Translations under genes and position numbers: made by a program | Notes under the pieces: generated by a model | Database searches by the model: none | What the model was told of the DNA's origin: nothing | Seen by the model: the letters and a program-made list of their open reading frames with translations, nothing else | Shown: positions 27,157 through 36,546 of the stretch, one piece after another | Numbering within the stretch: position 1 is the stretch's first letter | Layout of the letters: every line of letters starts with the position of its first letter | Origin: Ferroacidibacillus organovorans | GTDB taxonomy: Bacteria; Bacillota; Bacilli; Alicyclobacillales; SLC66 | DNA length: 64,000 bases | Reading direction: 5' to 3' | Assembly: GCF_001642725.1 (NCBI RefSeq) | Contig: NZ_LSUQ01000003.1 | Coordinates: 62,001 to 126,000 of the forward strand

Positions 27157-28386
27157 TTAGTTGGCAATCGCCTGCGCCTCAATAGAACTCGCGGGGCCAA
27201 AGAATTCGAAGGTAATGTTCTCCTGTTTTACGCCAAGTTTGGTGAGCAAATGATACATCGCACGCATGAATGGCTCTGGACCACAGATGAAAAAGAGACC
27301 TTCAGGGTGGAAGCCAGCTTCGCGCAGGACATCTGCGGTGATGTAGCCTTTTGCGTCGAATTGTTTATCGCGTTCATCGCGATCTGTAGGACGCTCATAT
27401 ACGACACGTTTGGTCAAATGAGTCAAGCGCTCCGCCAGTTGCTCGGATTCTTCTGCAAAGGCATGGACATCGCCGTTTAGCGCGGCGTGGATCCAAACGA
27501 TGTGGCGCTCGCTCGCTTGGTCTGCCGCAGTGTTCATATAACTCATAAAGGGAGTCATGCCGACGCCGCCACTGAGCAGCGTGAGCGGCTGCGTGTTTTC
27601 TGGGATGATAAATTCGCCTGCTGGAGCGGCGACTTCGACGGTGTCACCGACGGACAGGCTGTGGATGTAACGAGAAATTAAACCGCCGGGTGTGGTGTCT
27701 CGTTCGTCTTCCCGCTTGACGCTGATTCGATAGTAGGATTTGTTTGGACTGTCAGACAAGCTGTAGTGACGCATTTGCGCGTAATCGACACCAGGCGCTT
27801 TCAGTTGGAGAGTCAGGTACTGTCCAGGTTGAAACGCGGCAATCGACTTTTGATCAAGCGGTTCAAGATAAAATGAATCGATGACATCACTCTCTTTGAT
27901 ACGTCGCGTGATGCGGAAGCTGCGCAAACCCTCCCAACCGCCAGGTTGTTCTGCCGCTGCCTCATACAGTTCTTTTTCAACGTCGATGAATGCTTGTGCA
28001 ATGATTCCGTACGCTTCGGCCCATGCGGAGATAATCTCATCAGTCGCATTCTCCTGAAGAACATCACGCATCGCACCGAGCAAATGTTCGCCGACAATTG
28101 GGTAGTGGGCAGGCAGTACGCCGAGACTGCGGTGTTTTGCGCCGATTTGTTTGACAACCGGGATGATCGTATCGAGTTTTTCAATATGAACGGCTGCAGC
28201 GTAAACGGCGTTTGCAAGCGCAGCTTGTTGGCGCCCTTGACGCTGATTGTTGATGTTAAAGACATTGAGAAGTTCTGGGTGCGCCTCAAACAGCCGCTCG
28301 TAAAAACGACGCGTGATCGCTTCTCCGTGCACTTCAAGTACAGGAACAGTCGCTTTGATGATAGCGATGGTTTTTTCTTGCAACAT
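27157..28386 (-). CDS. hmp: Flavohemoprotein (NO dioxygenase)
   Basis: Globin (IKATVPVLE, KHRSL, HYPIVGEHLL), FAD-binding RHYSLS, NAD-binding GGVGMTP and CGP, C-terminal FEFFGPA. Confidence 0.95.
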   Translation of the reverse strand: MLQEKTIAIIKATVPVLEVHGEAITRRFYERLFEAHPELLNVFNINNQRQGRQQAALANAVYAAAVHIEKLDTIIPVVKQIGAKHRSLGVLPAHYPIVGEHLLGAMRDVLQENATDEIISAWAEAYGIIAQAFIDVEKELYEAAAEQPGGWEGLRSFRITRRIKESDVIDSFYLEPLDQKSIAAFQPGQYLTLQLKAPGVDYAQMRHYSLSDSPNKSYYRISVKREDERDTTPGGLISRYIHSLSVGDTVEVAAPAGEFIIPENTQPLTLLSGGVGMTPFMSYMNTAADQASERHIVWIHAALNGDVHAFAEESEQLAERLTHLTKRVVYERPTDRDERDKQFDAKGYITADVLREAGFHPEGLFFICGPEPFMRAMYHLLTKLGVKQENITFEFFGPASSIEAQAIAN

Positions 28387-28427
28387 GATAATCACCTTTC
28401 TGTGGCGGAGTTCGACACGCGACACAA

Positions 28428-28452
28428 AAAGTAGTATATCAAATGCATGTTT
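28428..28452. promoter_or_regulatory. Putative NsrR operator
   Basis: Minus strand AAACATGCATTTGATATACTACTTT resembles the NsrR inverted repeat AAGATGYATTTNAAATRCATCTT; lies between hmp and nsrR. Confidence 0.65.
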
Positions 28453-28532
28453 TATAGTGCAACCTTAGTTGGTGACGAATCGTTCACAACAAATGAGCTA
28501 AATTCGCATTTACAGAGGAAGGTGAGTCGTCG

Positions 28533-28982
28533 ATGAACTTGACGCTTTTTACAGATTACTCTTTGAGAACATTGATCTATCTAGGAAGTTTAGAAGGGCA
28601 GCAAAAGGCCAGTGTCGAGCAGATCGCAAAAGCGTATGGCATTTCCCATCACCATCTGGTGCGCGTCGGGCAACGTCTCGCAAAGTTAGGGCTCATCAAA
28701 ACGCTGCGGGGGCGCAATGGCGGCATTGAACTCGCCAAAGAGCCAGCCGATATTTCAATCGGCTGGCTCGTGCGGGAACTTGAAGATAACATGAACTTGG
28801 TCGACTGTTTTTCAGGCGAACAGATGTGTGCGATTCAAGGGGCGTGCGGCCTTCAAGGCATGCTCGCAGCGGCTCTTCACGCATATCTTCAAGTTCTTGA
28901 CCGGTATACGCTGGCCGATGTGATTCGCAATCGTTCAGCGATCGCCAAGCTGTTCGCAGACGCGTCAGAATGGCCGTCGTAG
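28533..28982 (+). CDS. nsrR: Rrf2-family NO-sensing repressor
   Basis: LTLFTDYSLRTLIYL, RGRNGG, three Fe-S Cys (DCF..MC..ACGL); divergent from hmp. Confidence 0.9.
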   Translation: MNLTLFTDYSLRTLIYLGSLEGQQKASVEQIAKAYGISHHHLVRVGQRLAKLGLIKTLRGRNGGIELAKEPADISIGWLVRELEDNMNLVDCFSGEQMCAIQGACGLQGMLAAALHAYLQVLDRYTLADVIRNRSAIAKLFADASEWPS

Positions 28983-28985
28983 CGA

Positions 28986-30227
28986 TTAGCCGACGACAGG
29001 GCCGCTGCCGTTTCCTTGAATCTGAAGCGGCGGCAAATTGCTCAGTTTATCTGTGAGCACCAGTTTTTTTGACCCGCGGTAAATGGTCACTTGCACATCT
29101 TGGCCAGGCATGTAGTTTGCCAGGATGTTCTGTAGGCTCGTCAAACCTGTGACTTTCTTTCCGTTCACGGCGACGATGATGTCCCCGTGCTGAATTCCGG
29201 CCGCTTTTGCGTTCGGATTGTCTGTCGCGTCGACCCATACTCCGTAAGTAACGGGTACGTTTGGTGAGTAATAGCTAGGAATATTTGACAGAGATGCGCC
29301 AGAAATGCCGAGTGCCGCGTGTTGCGCATGGCCAGATGTCAGGATTTGATTGACGATCTTTTTCACTGTATTAATCGGAATGGCGAATCCCATGCCGGAA
29401 AAGTTTTGGGCGGCGATCTTGCTGCTCGCAATGCCGACAACCTGTCCGAGAATGTTTAAGACAGGACCGCCACTGTTACCTGGGTTAATCGCTGCATCTG
29501 TTTGCAAAACGGTTTCGTTGCCGAGCGTTTGTCCAGTCAATTCATCTTGCACGGGCATCGTGCGCTGTGTCGCGCTGATGATTCCAGCGGTTGCAGTATC
29601 AGCGAACTGTAGTCCGGCTGGATTGCCAATGACGACATCTGGTTCACCGACCTGCAGCGTGTTTGAATTTCCGAGGACGGCGACATTCGCTGCGGTGATG
29701 TCTGACGCAGGAACCTTGAGGACGGCCAGGTCGGTGTATGGATCGGTGCCAACGACGCTTGCAATCACTCGTTTGCGCTGATCGATCACGACTTGCACTT
29801 GGTTTGCGCCTTCGACGACGTGGTTGTTGGTGACAATGTAACCGGCGGAACTGATGATGACGCCGGAGCCGATCGCTGCTTCTTGAAGGCTCATCCCCAC
29901 ACCGTTTGCATTTGGTTGATTTTGCATGTTTAAAACGCCAACGACAGTCGGGGTTGCTTTTTTTACGGTGCTGACAATTCCGTCTGACACGGAAACGTTG
30001 ACCGTTTGTGTCGCGGCAGGTGGTGTTGTATAGCTCATGTTAGCAATCGCTTGCGCGGATTTTGAATTGTTGAGGGTCGCTGCCTGGGTAGTGTTGACAA
30101 GGTTTGTTGTGAGCAACGTTGATCCAGCGCCAATGGATGCGGACAAAACCGTCAATGCGATGACTGCAGAGAGTGGAACGCGGCGCTTAACGCGACGGCG
30201 AAGTTTGCGATACGTAGACTGACTCAT
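28986..30227 (-). CDS. htrA: HtrA-family serine protease with PDZ domain
   Basis: N-terminal TM; TNNHVV, DLAV, INPGNSGGP; C-terminal PDZ. Confidence 0.92.
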   Translation of the reverse strand: MSQSTYRKLRRRVKRRVPLSAVIALTVLSASIGAGSTLLTTNLVNTTQAATLNNSKSAQAIANMSYTTPPAATQTVNVSVSDGIVSTVKKATPTVVGVLNMQNQPNANGVGMSLQEAAIGSGVIISSAGYIVTNNHVVEGANQVQVVIDQRKRVIASVVGTDPYTDLAVLKVPASDITAANVAVLGNSNTLQVGEPDVVIGNPAGLQFADTATAGIISATQRTMPVQDELTGQTLGNETVLQTDAAINPGNSGGPVLNILGQVVGIASSKIAAQNFSGMGFAIPINTVKKIVNQILTSGHAQHAALGISGASLSNIPSYYSPNVPVTYGVWVDATDNPNAKAAGIQHGDIIVAVNGKKVTGLTSLQNILANYMPGQDVQVTIYRGSKKLVLTDKLSNLPPLQIQGNGSGPVVG

Positions 30228-30401
30228 CGAGATTCTCCCCTATCCTATTGATAAGCTTGAGACTATCGTACGTCTTCATTCTTGCAAAAAGCTTGAAAAA
30301 TGGTCTTTTGGCCCAAAAATATACGATTAGACACTAAAAATTCATAAATAGCGCACGAAGTTGAGCAATGATAGCGCTGAAAAATTATTTCTTTCAGGTA
30401 G

Positions 30402-30454
30402 TTGACAAATAGATTACAAAAATGTACTGTTGGAAACATAGTTAAACGTTTACT
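30402..30454 (+). promoter_or_regulatory. SigA promoter and LacI-type operator of the sugar ABC operon
   Basis: TTGACA-N17-TACTGT (30402-30430), then near-palindrome GTTAAACGTTTAC (30441-30453). Confidence 0.7.
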
Positions 30455-30481
30455 TTTTTAATGGATGAAGAGAGATGACTC

Positions 30482-31489
30482 ATGGAGCGCAAATCTTCAG
30501 CAACTCTCCACGATGTTGCGCGAGAAGCGAACGTATCGATTGCCACAGTCTCGCATGTCATTAACAATTCACGCGTGGTGAAAGCGTCTACACGAGCGCG
30601 TGTTGAGGCGGCGATTCAGATGATCGGCTATCGACACAATATGGTTGCTCGTGAGCTTAAGATGGGGTCCTCTGGTCTGATTGGCGTCTTGATTGTCGAT
30701 TACAATCCGTTTTATACAGACGTCCTTCGCGGAATCGAAAAACGACTTGAAACGATGGGGTACAAGTTTGTAGTGGCAAGTACGGGTGAACAGTGGGAGC
30801 GTCAGCGCGAACTGATTCATTTGATGGTAGCGCGCCGAATGCAAGGCATACTGATCGCACCGGTGGCAGGATTTGATGCAGAGTATGTTTTACGTTATGT
30901 GCCTGAGCAATGTCCAGTCATTCTGTTTGATCGTGAGGTTAGTGGATTACCTTCTGTCACCTCAGAGACGCGCGATGCAACAAAGCGCCTGGCTGAACAC
31001 CTTGTAGATCACGGGCATCGTCACGTTGGGATGATTCTTTCAACGGATGAAATCTCGACCATGCGGGATCGTCAATTCGGCATGGAAGAGGCGTGCAGGG
31101 AATTTTCATTAAAGCTCTCTATGGAGCGGACTTCTCCGGATGATCGCGGAGGTTACGAAGCAACGCGGAAATTGTTCAGTCGCTTTGCGCGAGAAGACCA
31201 ACCGGATGTCGTCTTTGCGGCAAACAATGTAATGCTGCTTGGCGTCCTGAGATATATGAAAGAGTATGGATTTTCTATTGGAAAAAACCGAGCGGTAGTC
31301 GGCTTCGATGATCAGATCTGGTGTGAGGTGTTTGAACCTCCAATCACCGTGCTTGATCAAAACGCGTACGGCATGGGGGAAGCGGCGGTTGATTTATTGC
31401 AAGCTGCGCTGCATGGGGAAGCGGTTACAAGTAAACGTTTACCTGTGCGTCTGACGATAAGGAGGTCATGTGGATGCCCAATGGAGTGA
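30482..31489 (+). CDS. LacI-family regulator (RbsR-like)
   Basis: TLHDVAREANVSIATVSHVIN HTH, VVGFDD, IRRSCG. Confidence 0.92.
   Translation: MERKSSATLHDVAREANVSIATVSHVINNSRVVKASTRARVEAAIQMIGYRHNMVARELKMGSSGLIGVLIVDYNPFYTDVLRGIEKRLETMGYKFVVASTGEQWERQRELIHLMVARRMQGILIAPVAGFDAEYVLRYVPEQCPVILFDREVSGLPSVTSETRDATKRLAEHLVDHGHRHVGMILSTDEISTMRDRQFGMEEACREFSLKLSMERTSPDDRGGYEATRKLFSRFAREDQPDVVFAANNVMLLGVLRYMKEYGFSIGKNRAVVGFDDQIWCEVFEPPITVLDQNAYGMGEAAVDLLQAALHGEAVTSKRLPVRLTIRRSCGCPME
31431..31442. promoter_or_regulatory. Second LacI-type operator inside the 3' end of the regulator gene
   Basis: Perfect palindrome GTAAACGTTTAC matching the upstream operator. Confidence 0.5.
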
Positions 31490-32241
31490 GTTCACCTTAC
31501 GTACTACAGGCGCAGGGAATCTCCAAAAATTACGGCAAGATCCAGGCGCTTGCTGCTGTCGATTTTGCTATCGGGGCGGGCGAAGTCGTGGGACTTGTTG
31601 GTGACAATGGCGCAGGGAAATCGACGCTCATCAAAGTGTTGTCGGGTGCGATTATGCCTGATGCGGGGGAACTCCAATTAAAAGGAGAAAACGTTCGCCT
31701 GAAGTCTCCGGCAGATGCGCGACGCCGTGGCATTGAAACGGTCTATCAGGATCTCTCGCTCGCGCCACATTTGACGATCGCTGACAATTTATTTCTCGGC
31801 CGCGAGATGTTTCATTCCAACTTTAGCAGGATGTTCGGCGTCCTGAATCGCAAGCACATGATGGAGCGTGCGCAGCAGATTCTCGATGAGCTTCACGTGA
31901 CAGTGCGGTCGATGAAGTCGTCAATCGCTGAACTTTCGGGTGGTCAGCGTCAAGCGGTTGCCGTCGCGCGCGCCGTGCTTTGGGGCGATAGTATGATCAT
32001 CCTTGATGAGCCCACGAATCACTTGGGAGTAGAAGAAGTTGAGATGGTGTTAAACCTGATTCGCCGTGTGCGAGAACGGGGAATTCCAGTTGTTTTCATC
32101 AGTCACACCCTTCCACACGTGCTTGAAGTGACCGATCGCATTGAAGTGATGTTTTTGGGGCGTAAAGTAAAATCATTGATCACGAAGGACACCACATTGG
32201 ATGAAGTGATCGCGTATATCACAGGATCGCGCGTAGCGTGA
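31474..32241 (+). CDS. Monosaccharide ABC transporter ATP-binding protein (single NBD)
   Basis: GDNGAGKST, GIETVYQDL, LSGGQRQ, ILDEPT; AAGGAGG RBS. Confidence 0.9.
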   Translation: MPNGVSSPYVLQAQGISKNYGKIQALAAVDFAIGAGEVVGLVGDNGAGKSTLIKVLSGAIMPDAGELQLKGENVRLKSPADARRRGIETVYQDLSLAPHLTIADNLFLGREMFHSNFSRMFGVLNRKHMMERAQQILDELHVTVRSMKSSIAELSGGQRQAVAVARAVLWGDSMIILDEPTNHLGVEEVEMVLNLIRRVRERGIPVVFISHTLPHVLEVTDRIEVMFLGRKVKSLITKDTTLDEVIAYITGSRVA

Positions 32242-33263
32242 GTGTCACAGAGGGAGGTGCGCCAATAAGGGTGAAACAACAGCTGCCTTTGCAAAGACGC
32301 GGCACATGGCTGCAGGATTTAGGCGATTGGTGGACATTTTTGATTCTCATTCTTCTTGTCATCATCTTTTCCATTACAGCGCCAGGGTTTGCCACAGGTC
32401 AGAACTTCGTCAGCACGACCGTAAGCGCGTCAAATACAGTCATCCTGGCAATCGCAGAAACGTTTGTCATCATTACCGGAGGCATTGACCTTTCTGTTGG
32501 CGCGATTCTCGGTCTGTCCGGAATTGTGGGAGCAACGGTCATGCAAAACATGATGGTTCACGGTGACATGCCTGCGCTGATTCTTGGCGTGCTCGCAGGT
32601 CTTGGCACAGGGATTGTGGCAGGCGCCGTCAACGGGTTTGTCATCTCGTTCATGGAGATTACTCCGTTTATTGCAACGCTCGGCATGCTTGGCATCGGAA
32701 CGGGACTGACGTATCTCGTTTCAAACGGGACAGACATCGTGAATATTCCGCCTGAGTTGTCCACGTTTGGCGATGCAGTTCTCTTTAACTTTCTTGGGAT
32801 TCCAGCCTTGCTCGCGCTGGTTCTGCTGTTGCTCGCCTGGTTTTTTCTGACCAAGACACGGTTTGGAAAATACACATACGCGATTGGCAGCAATGCAGAA
32901 GGTACGCGGCGGTCAGGGGTTAATGTCAAAGCTCATCTTTTTAAGATCTACACGCTTTCCGGTTTGCTCAGCGGTTTTGCAGGTGTTCTCATTGTCGCAC
33001 GTCTCGCGACAGGGTCACCGCTTGAGGGAACCAATGATGAGTTAAATGCGATTGCGTCCGTCGTCATCGGGGGCGCCAGTCTCTTTGGTGGTCGCGGAAC
33101 GCTGTTTGGGTCGACGGTTGGCGCGCTTGTCATCTCCGTGCTTGTGTCGGGGCTTGTCATCATGGGTGTTCAACCGTATTGGCAGCAAGTGACCATTGGG
33201 GTGATCATCATCCTCGCGGTCTATGTGGATCAGCGCAGGTATCGCAACCGTGTGCTGAAGTAG
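32238..33263 (+). CDS. Monosaccharide ABC transporter permease (RbsC-like)
   Basis: IITGGIDLSVG, PFIATLG, ELNAIASVVIGGASLFGG. Confidence 0.92.
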   Translation: MSVTEGGAPIRVKQQLPLQRRGTWLQDLGDWWTFLILILLVIIFSITAPGFATGQNFVSTTVSASNTVILAIAETFVIITGGIDLSVGAILGLSGIVGATVMQNMMVHGDMPALILGVLAGLGTGIVAGAVNGFVISFMEITPFIATLGMLGIGTGLTYLVSNGTDIVNIPPELSTFGDAVLFNFLGIPALLALVLLLLAWFFLTKTRFGKYTYAIGSNAEGTRRSGVNVKAHLFKIYTLSGLLSGFAGVLIVARLATGSPLEGTNDELNAIASVVIGGASLFGGRGTLFGSTVGALVISVLVSGLVIMGVQPYWQQVTIGVIIILAVYVDQRRYRNRVLK

Positions 33264-33309
33264 GTTTCCTGACGGTAGTGCGATTTTATATAAACAGGGG
33301 GTTTCTACA

Positions 33310-34311
33310 TTGAATTTGAAAAAGGTTGGCGCCGTAGTCAGCAGCATCTCGCTGCTCGCCTCACTTGCCGCAGTTGCACCTGCTTTTGCACACGGTGCGA
33401 AAACCGCATCTCACGTCGTAAAGCATGCCAAAAGCAAGCCGATTGTCATCGGTTTTGTACCCGGTGTGACTACGGACCCATTCTTTATTAGCATGGAGTA
33501 CGGCGCGCAGATGGAAGCCAAAAGGCTCGGAGTACAGTTGGTCTATGAAGGCGGAGTGACGTACAGCCCGTCCAATCAGACCCCGTATGTTAACGCGATG
33601 GTTGCGCGCAAAGTTTCGGCACTCGCAATTGCACCGACCGATTTGCAAGCAATGATTCCGCCGATTCGTAACGCGGTTAAATCAAAAATTCCTGTGATCA
33701 CGGTTGATTCCACGATCAGCGATACGGCACTGCTCGCATCGCGCATCACATCGAACAATGCGCAGGGCGGTGCTGCCGCTGCCGACTTTATTGGCGGCTT
33801 TGCAAGAGGCAAGGGGGTCGTTGCCATTCTCTCGCCATCGCCAGGAATTTCGACAGACAAAGCGCGTGTCGCTGGATTCACGGCAGAGCTTAAGAAAAAA
33901 TATCCACATATGCAAGTGGTCGTCGAGTATGATAATGAACAGAGCACGCAAGCAATTCAATTGGCGCAAGACCTGTCGCTGCGCTTTGGCAATAAACTCG
34001 TCGGTATCTTCGGAACTGATGACACGTCAGCGTCTGGCGCCGCTGAAGGAATTCGGGCGTCTGGCAAACTCGGTAAAGTGAAAATCGTCGGCTATGACGC
34101 AGAACCGGCGGAGGTTCAGGATCTGAAACAGGGCCTAATTTCAGCGCTGATCGCACAAAAACCGATGGAAGAAGGCATGCTGGCGGTTCAATATGCGGTT
34201 GCCGCCGCGAAAGGGCAGAAAGTGACGAAGTTTGTCCAGCTTGCTAATGTTACGATTACCAAGGCGAATCTCGCGAAAAATGCACAGTGGGAGTATCGCT
34301 CCACGATATAA
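33310..34311 (+). CDS. Monosaccharide ABC substrate-binding protein (RbsB-like fold), no lipobox
   Basis: DPFF, IPVITVD, VKIVGYD, IAQKP; signal peptide ends AFA and the protein has no Cys. Confidence 0.9.
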   Translation: MNLKKVGAVVSSISLLASLAAVAPAFAHGAKTASHVVKHAKSKPIVIGFVPGVTTDPFFISMEYGAQMEAKRLGVQLVYEGGVTYSPSNQTPYVNAMVARKVSALAIAPTDLQAMIPPIRNAVKSKIPVITVDSTISDTALLASRITSNNAQGGAAAADFIGGFARGKGVVAILSPSPGISTDKARVAGFTAELKKKYPHMQVVVEYDNEQSTQAIQLAQDLSLRFGNKLVGIFGTDDTSASGAAEGIRASGKLGKVKIVGYDAEPAEVQDLKQGLISALIAQKPMEEGMLAVQYAVAAAKGQKVTKFVQLANVTITKANLAKNAQWEYRSTI

Positions 34312-34334
34312 TTCGCAACTCGATTCAAACGATT

Positions 34335-34368
34335 GCCGCGCCCGAGGGGGTGCGGCCTTTTTTTTTTG
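34335..34368 (+). terminator. Intrinsic terminator
   Basis: GCCGCGCCC...GGGTGCGGC then a T run. Confidence 0.8.
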
Positions 34369-34522
34369 CAAAAAAAAGGCGAACTACCGCGAAAGAGGAG
34401 GAGAATCAGCGGATCATGTCGAAATCTATGAATTGGCTATGAGACAGCCCGGTTTTCTAGTAAACGGAATCCGTATTCTTTACGTAAATGATTTGCCGAT
34501 CGATCTCAATTGGGGTGACAGT

Positions 34523-35680
34523 GTGAAATTGGTAAAACGCGTCTGTGTGACCATGATTTGCATGGCCACTCTTCTCAATTCGCAAGTCAGTTTTGCAACC
34601 ACGCTGGCAGGGGCGAAACAACAGGCGGCGGCGCTTAAAAATCAAATCTCTTCGACGACACTACAAATCCAACAAGATCAAGTGCGCGTGGAAACCCTCA
34701 AGACGCGACTCGGCTTGATCAACCACTCTTTGCAAAATGTGCGCGTGGCAATGTCAGCGAACCTTGCTCATATGCGTGTCGTAAATCATCAACTCGTCGT
34801 TCTTGGCAAGCGGATCAAGGTTAATGAACGCCAATTGACAACGACGCGCACGGAACTCCAAGGACAGCTAAAAACGATGTATGAACATGGGACGGTATCG
34901 TATTTGCAGGTGTTGTTTCAATCGACGAGTTTCCAAGACTTTTTGACGAGATTGAATATGCTTGTCACCGTTGCCAATGCGGGGCAGGCGCTCGAAAAGC
35001 GATTTCAAGCTCTTAAGCAAACCCTCGCAGTACAACATCGACAAACCGTCTCTTATTACGGAGAATTGATCCACACTCAAGTTTCGGATAATGTGTTGCA
35101 ACAAGCGGACGTCCTTCTCCAACAAGAACAGCAGCAGTCGATCCAATCCATTCAGACGAATATGAGCAACCAGCAACTGCGTCACGGCGAATTGGAGAGC
35201 CAGTTGCAGCTCACGCAACAGCAAATTGCTTCGATTGAGGCGGCGACGGCGCGCGCAGAGCAATTGATGCACAACACCACGTACGTCAGCCAGACGGTTG
35301 CGGGAATGCCTTCGATCAATCTGCAGAACATGTTGAAGTACGCAGAAGGGTATTTGGGAACACCATATTCATGGGGCGGCACATCGCCTTCAGGATTTGA
35401 CTGTTCTGGGTTTACTCAATACGTGTTTGCACATTCGGGCGTTTCCATCTTGCGCACGTCAGAACAGCAGTTTGCAGAAGGCGTGAGCGTGAGTTACCCG
35501 AATCTATCGCTCGGAGACCTTGTCTTTTTCTCGACGTATGCGCCCGGTGCGACACATGTCGGAATTTATATTGGCAATGGGTTGATGATCGATGCGCAGG
35601 ATTACGGTGTGAGTATCGATAACATCTCGAACTCGTATTGGGGGCCGAAATACCTCGGCGCGCGTCAACTCGTAAAATAA
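34523..35680 (+). CDS. Secreted coiled-coil NlpC/P60 peptidoglycan endopeptidase (CwlO-like)
   Basis: Signal peptide SFA; SYLQVLFQSTSFQDFLTR; GTPYSWGG..GFDCSG and HVGIYIG; GTG start after GGGGTGA. Confidence 0.9.
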   Translation: MKLVKRVCVTMICMATLLNSQVSFATTLAGAKQQAAALKNQISSTTLQIQQDQVRVETLKTRLGLINHSLQNVRVAMSANLAHMRVVNHQLVVLGKRIKVNERQLTTTRTELQGQLKTMYEHGTVSYLQVLFQSTSFQDFLTRLNMLVTVANAGQALEKRFQALKQTLAVQHRQTVSYYGELIHTQVSDNVLQQADVLLQQEQQQSIQSIQTNMSNQQLRHGELESQLQLTQQQIASIEAATARAEQLMHNTTYVSQTVAGMPSINLQNMLKYAEGYLGTPYSWGGTSPSGFDCSGFTQYVFAHSGVSILRTSEQQFAEGVSVSYPNLSLGDLVFFSTYAPGATHVGIYIGNGLMIDAQDYGVSIDNISNSYWGPKYLGARQLVK

Positions 35681-35774
35681 TCAGTGGCTTGGCGCATCGC
35701 TTGTAGATTTCGTTGTGAGCAGTCGTTTACAAAGCGACATACGCGTGATAAAGTTTAGTTGAAAACCTATCGTA

Positions 35775-35868
35775 AGGCGCTAGGGGTGCCATTGGCTGAG
35801 AGGCGAAATGAACGTTTTGCCAACCCTTCAGAACTCGATCTGGGTCATACCAGCGGGAGGAAGTGCCG
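35775..35868 (+). ncRNA. TPP riboswitch
   Basis: CTAGGGGTGC...GGCTGAGA...CCCTT...GATCTGGGTCATACCAGCGGGAGGAAG; terminator-like hairpin plus T run at about 35877-35932. Confidence 0.92.
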
Positions 35869-35979
35869 TATTCCGGAGATGCTTCTGCCAATTGCGCCTT
35901 GAATGCGATTGGAGAGATGCGTCTTTTTGTTTGCGCGCGTTCTGACATGCCCAAGCGATGGTCAAAAGGGGGCATTTTG

Positions 35980-36546
35980 ATGTGGAAGTTGCGGGATATT
36001 GTCGTCGCCGCCATTCTGTCGGTGGTCTGCGGAGCAATTTATTTGAGCTGGGATCTTCTTACGGGGATTTTTGCGGCGGCCTGGTCACCCATTGCGTACG
36101 GACTCCTAAACGGTCTTTGGTGGCTCGCGGCGGGTCTTGTCCCTTATATCATACGGCGGCCTGGCGCTGCATTTTTTGCGGAGGTTGTCAGCGCCTTTTG
36201 TGAATTTGCGTTTGGCAGCCCCTATAAATGGGGAGCTGTCATTTCCGGGCTGCTGCAAGGCGCTGGGGCGGAACTCGGCTTTGCGATGGGAGGCTGGAAA
36301 AAGTACAATACAGCATTCATGATGCTCTCAGGCGCGCTCGCGGGCGTCGGGAATAGTGTTCAATACTATTTTCAATACGGTGGGAACAAGGTTGCGCCGG
36401 ATCTTTTCATTGGCTACGTCGTCACGACGATGATCAGCGGTGCGTTCGTAGGCGGTCTCGTGCCAAAGTGGATCGGGGACGCGCTTAAACGAACAGGCAG
36501 TCTGCGCAACTTCGAATTGGGAAAAAGCGGGCAGGCTGGTCGCTGA
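35980..36546 (+). CDS. ykoE: ECF transporter S component for thiamine/HMP (YkoE)
   Basis: WKLRDIVV, IIRRPGAAFFAE, GLLQGAGAELGF; downstream of the TPP riboswitch. Confidence 0.88.
   Translation: MWKLRDIVVAAILSVVCGAIYLSWDLLTGIFAAAWSPIAYGLLNGLWWLAAGLVPYIIRRPGAAFFAEVVSAFCEFAFGSPYKWGAVISGLLQGAGAELGFAMGGWKKYNTAFMMLSGALAGVGNSVQYYFQYGGNKVAPDLFIGYVVTTMISGAFVGGLVPKWIGDALKRTGSLRNFELGKSGQAGR

Noticed and set aside
34372..34460. Possible c-di-GMP-I riboswitch upstream of the NlpC/P60 gene
   Set aside because: The ends resemble the motif (GGCGAAC...GAAA; TATG..CAGCC.GGTT) but the GAAA stem pairs poorly and the GACGCAAA core is absent; an Infernal search would settle it.
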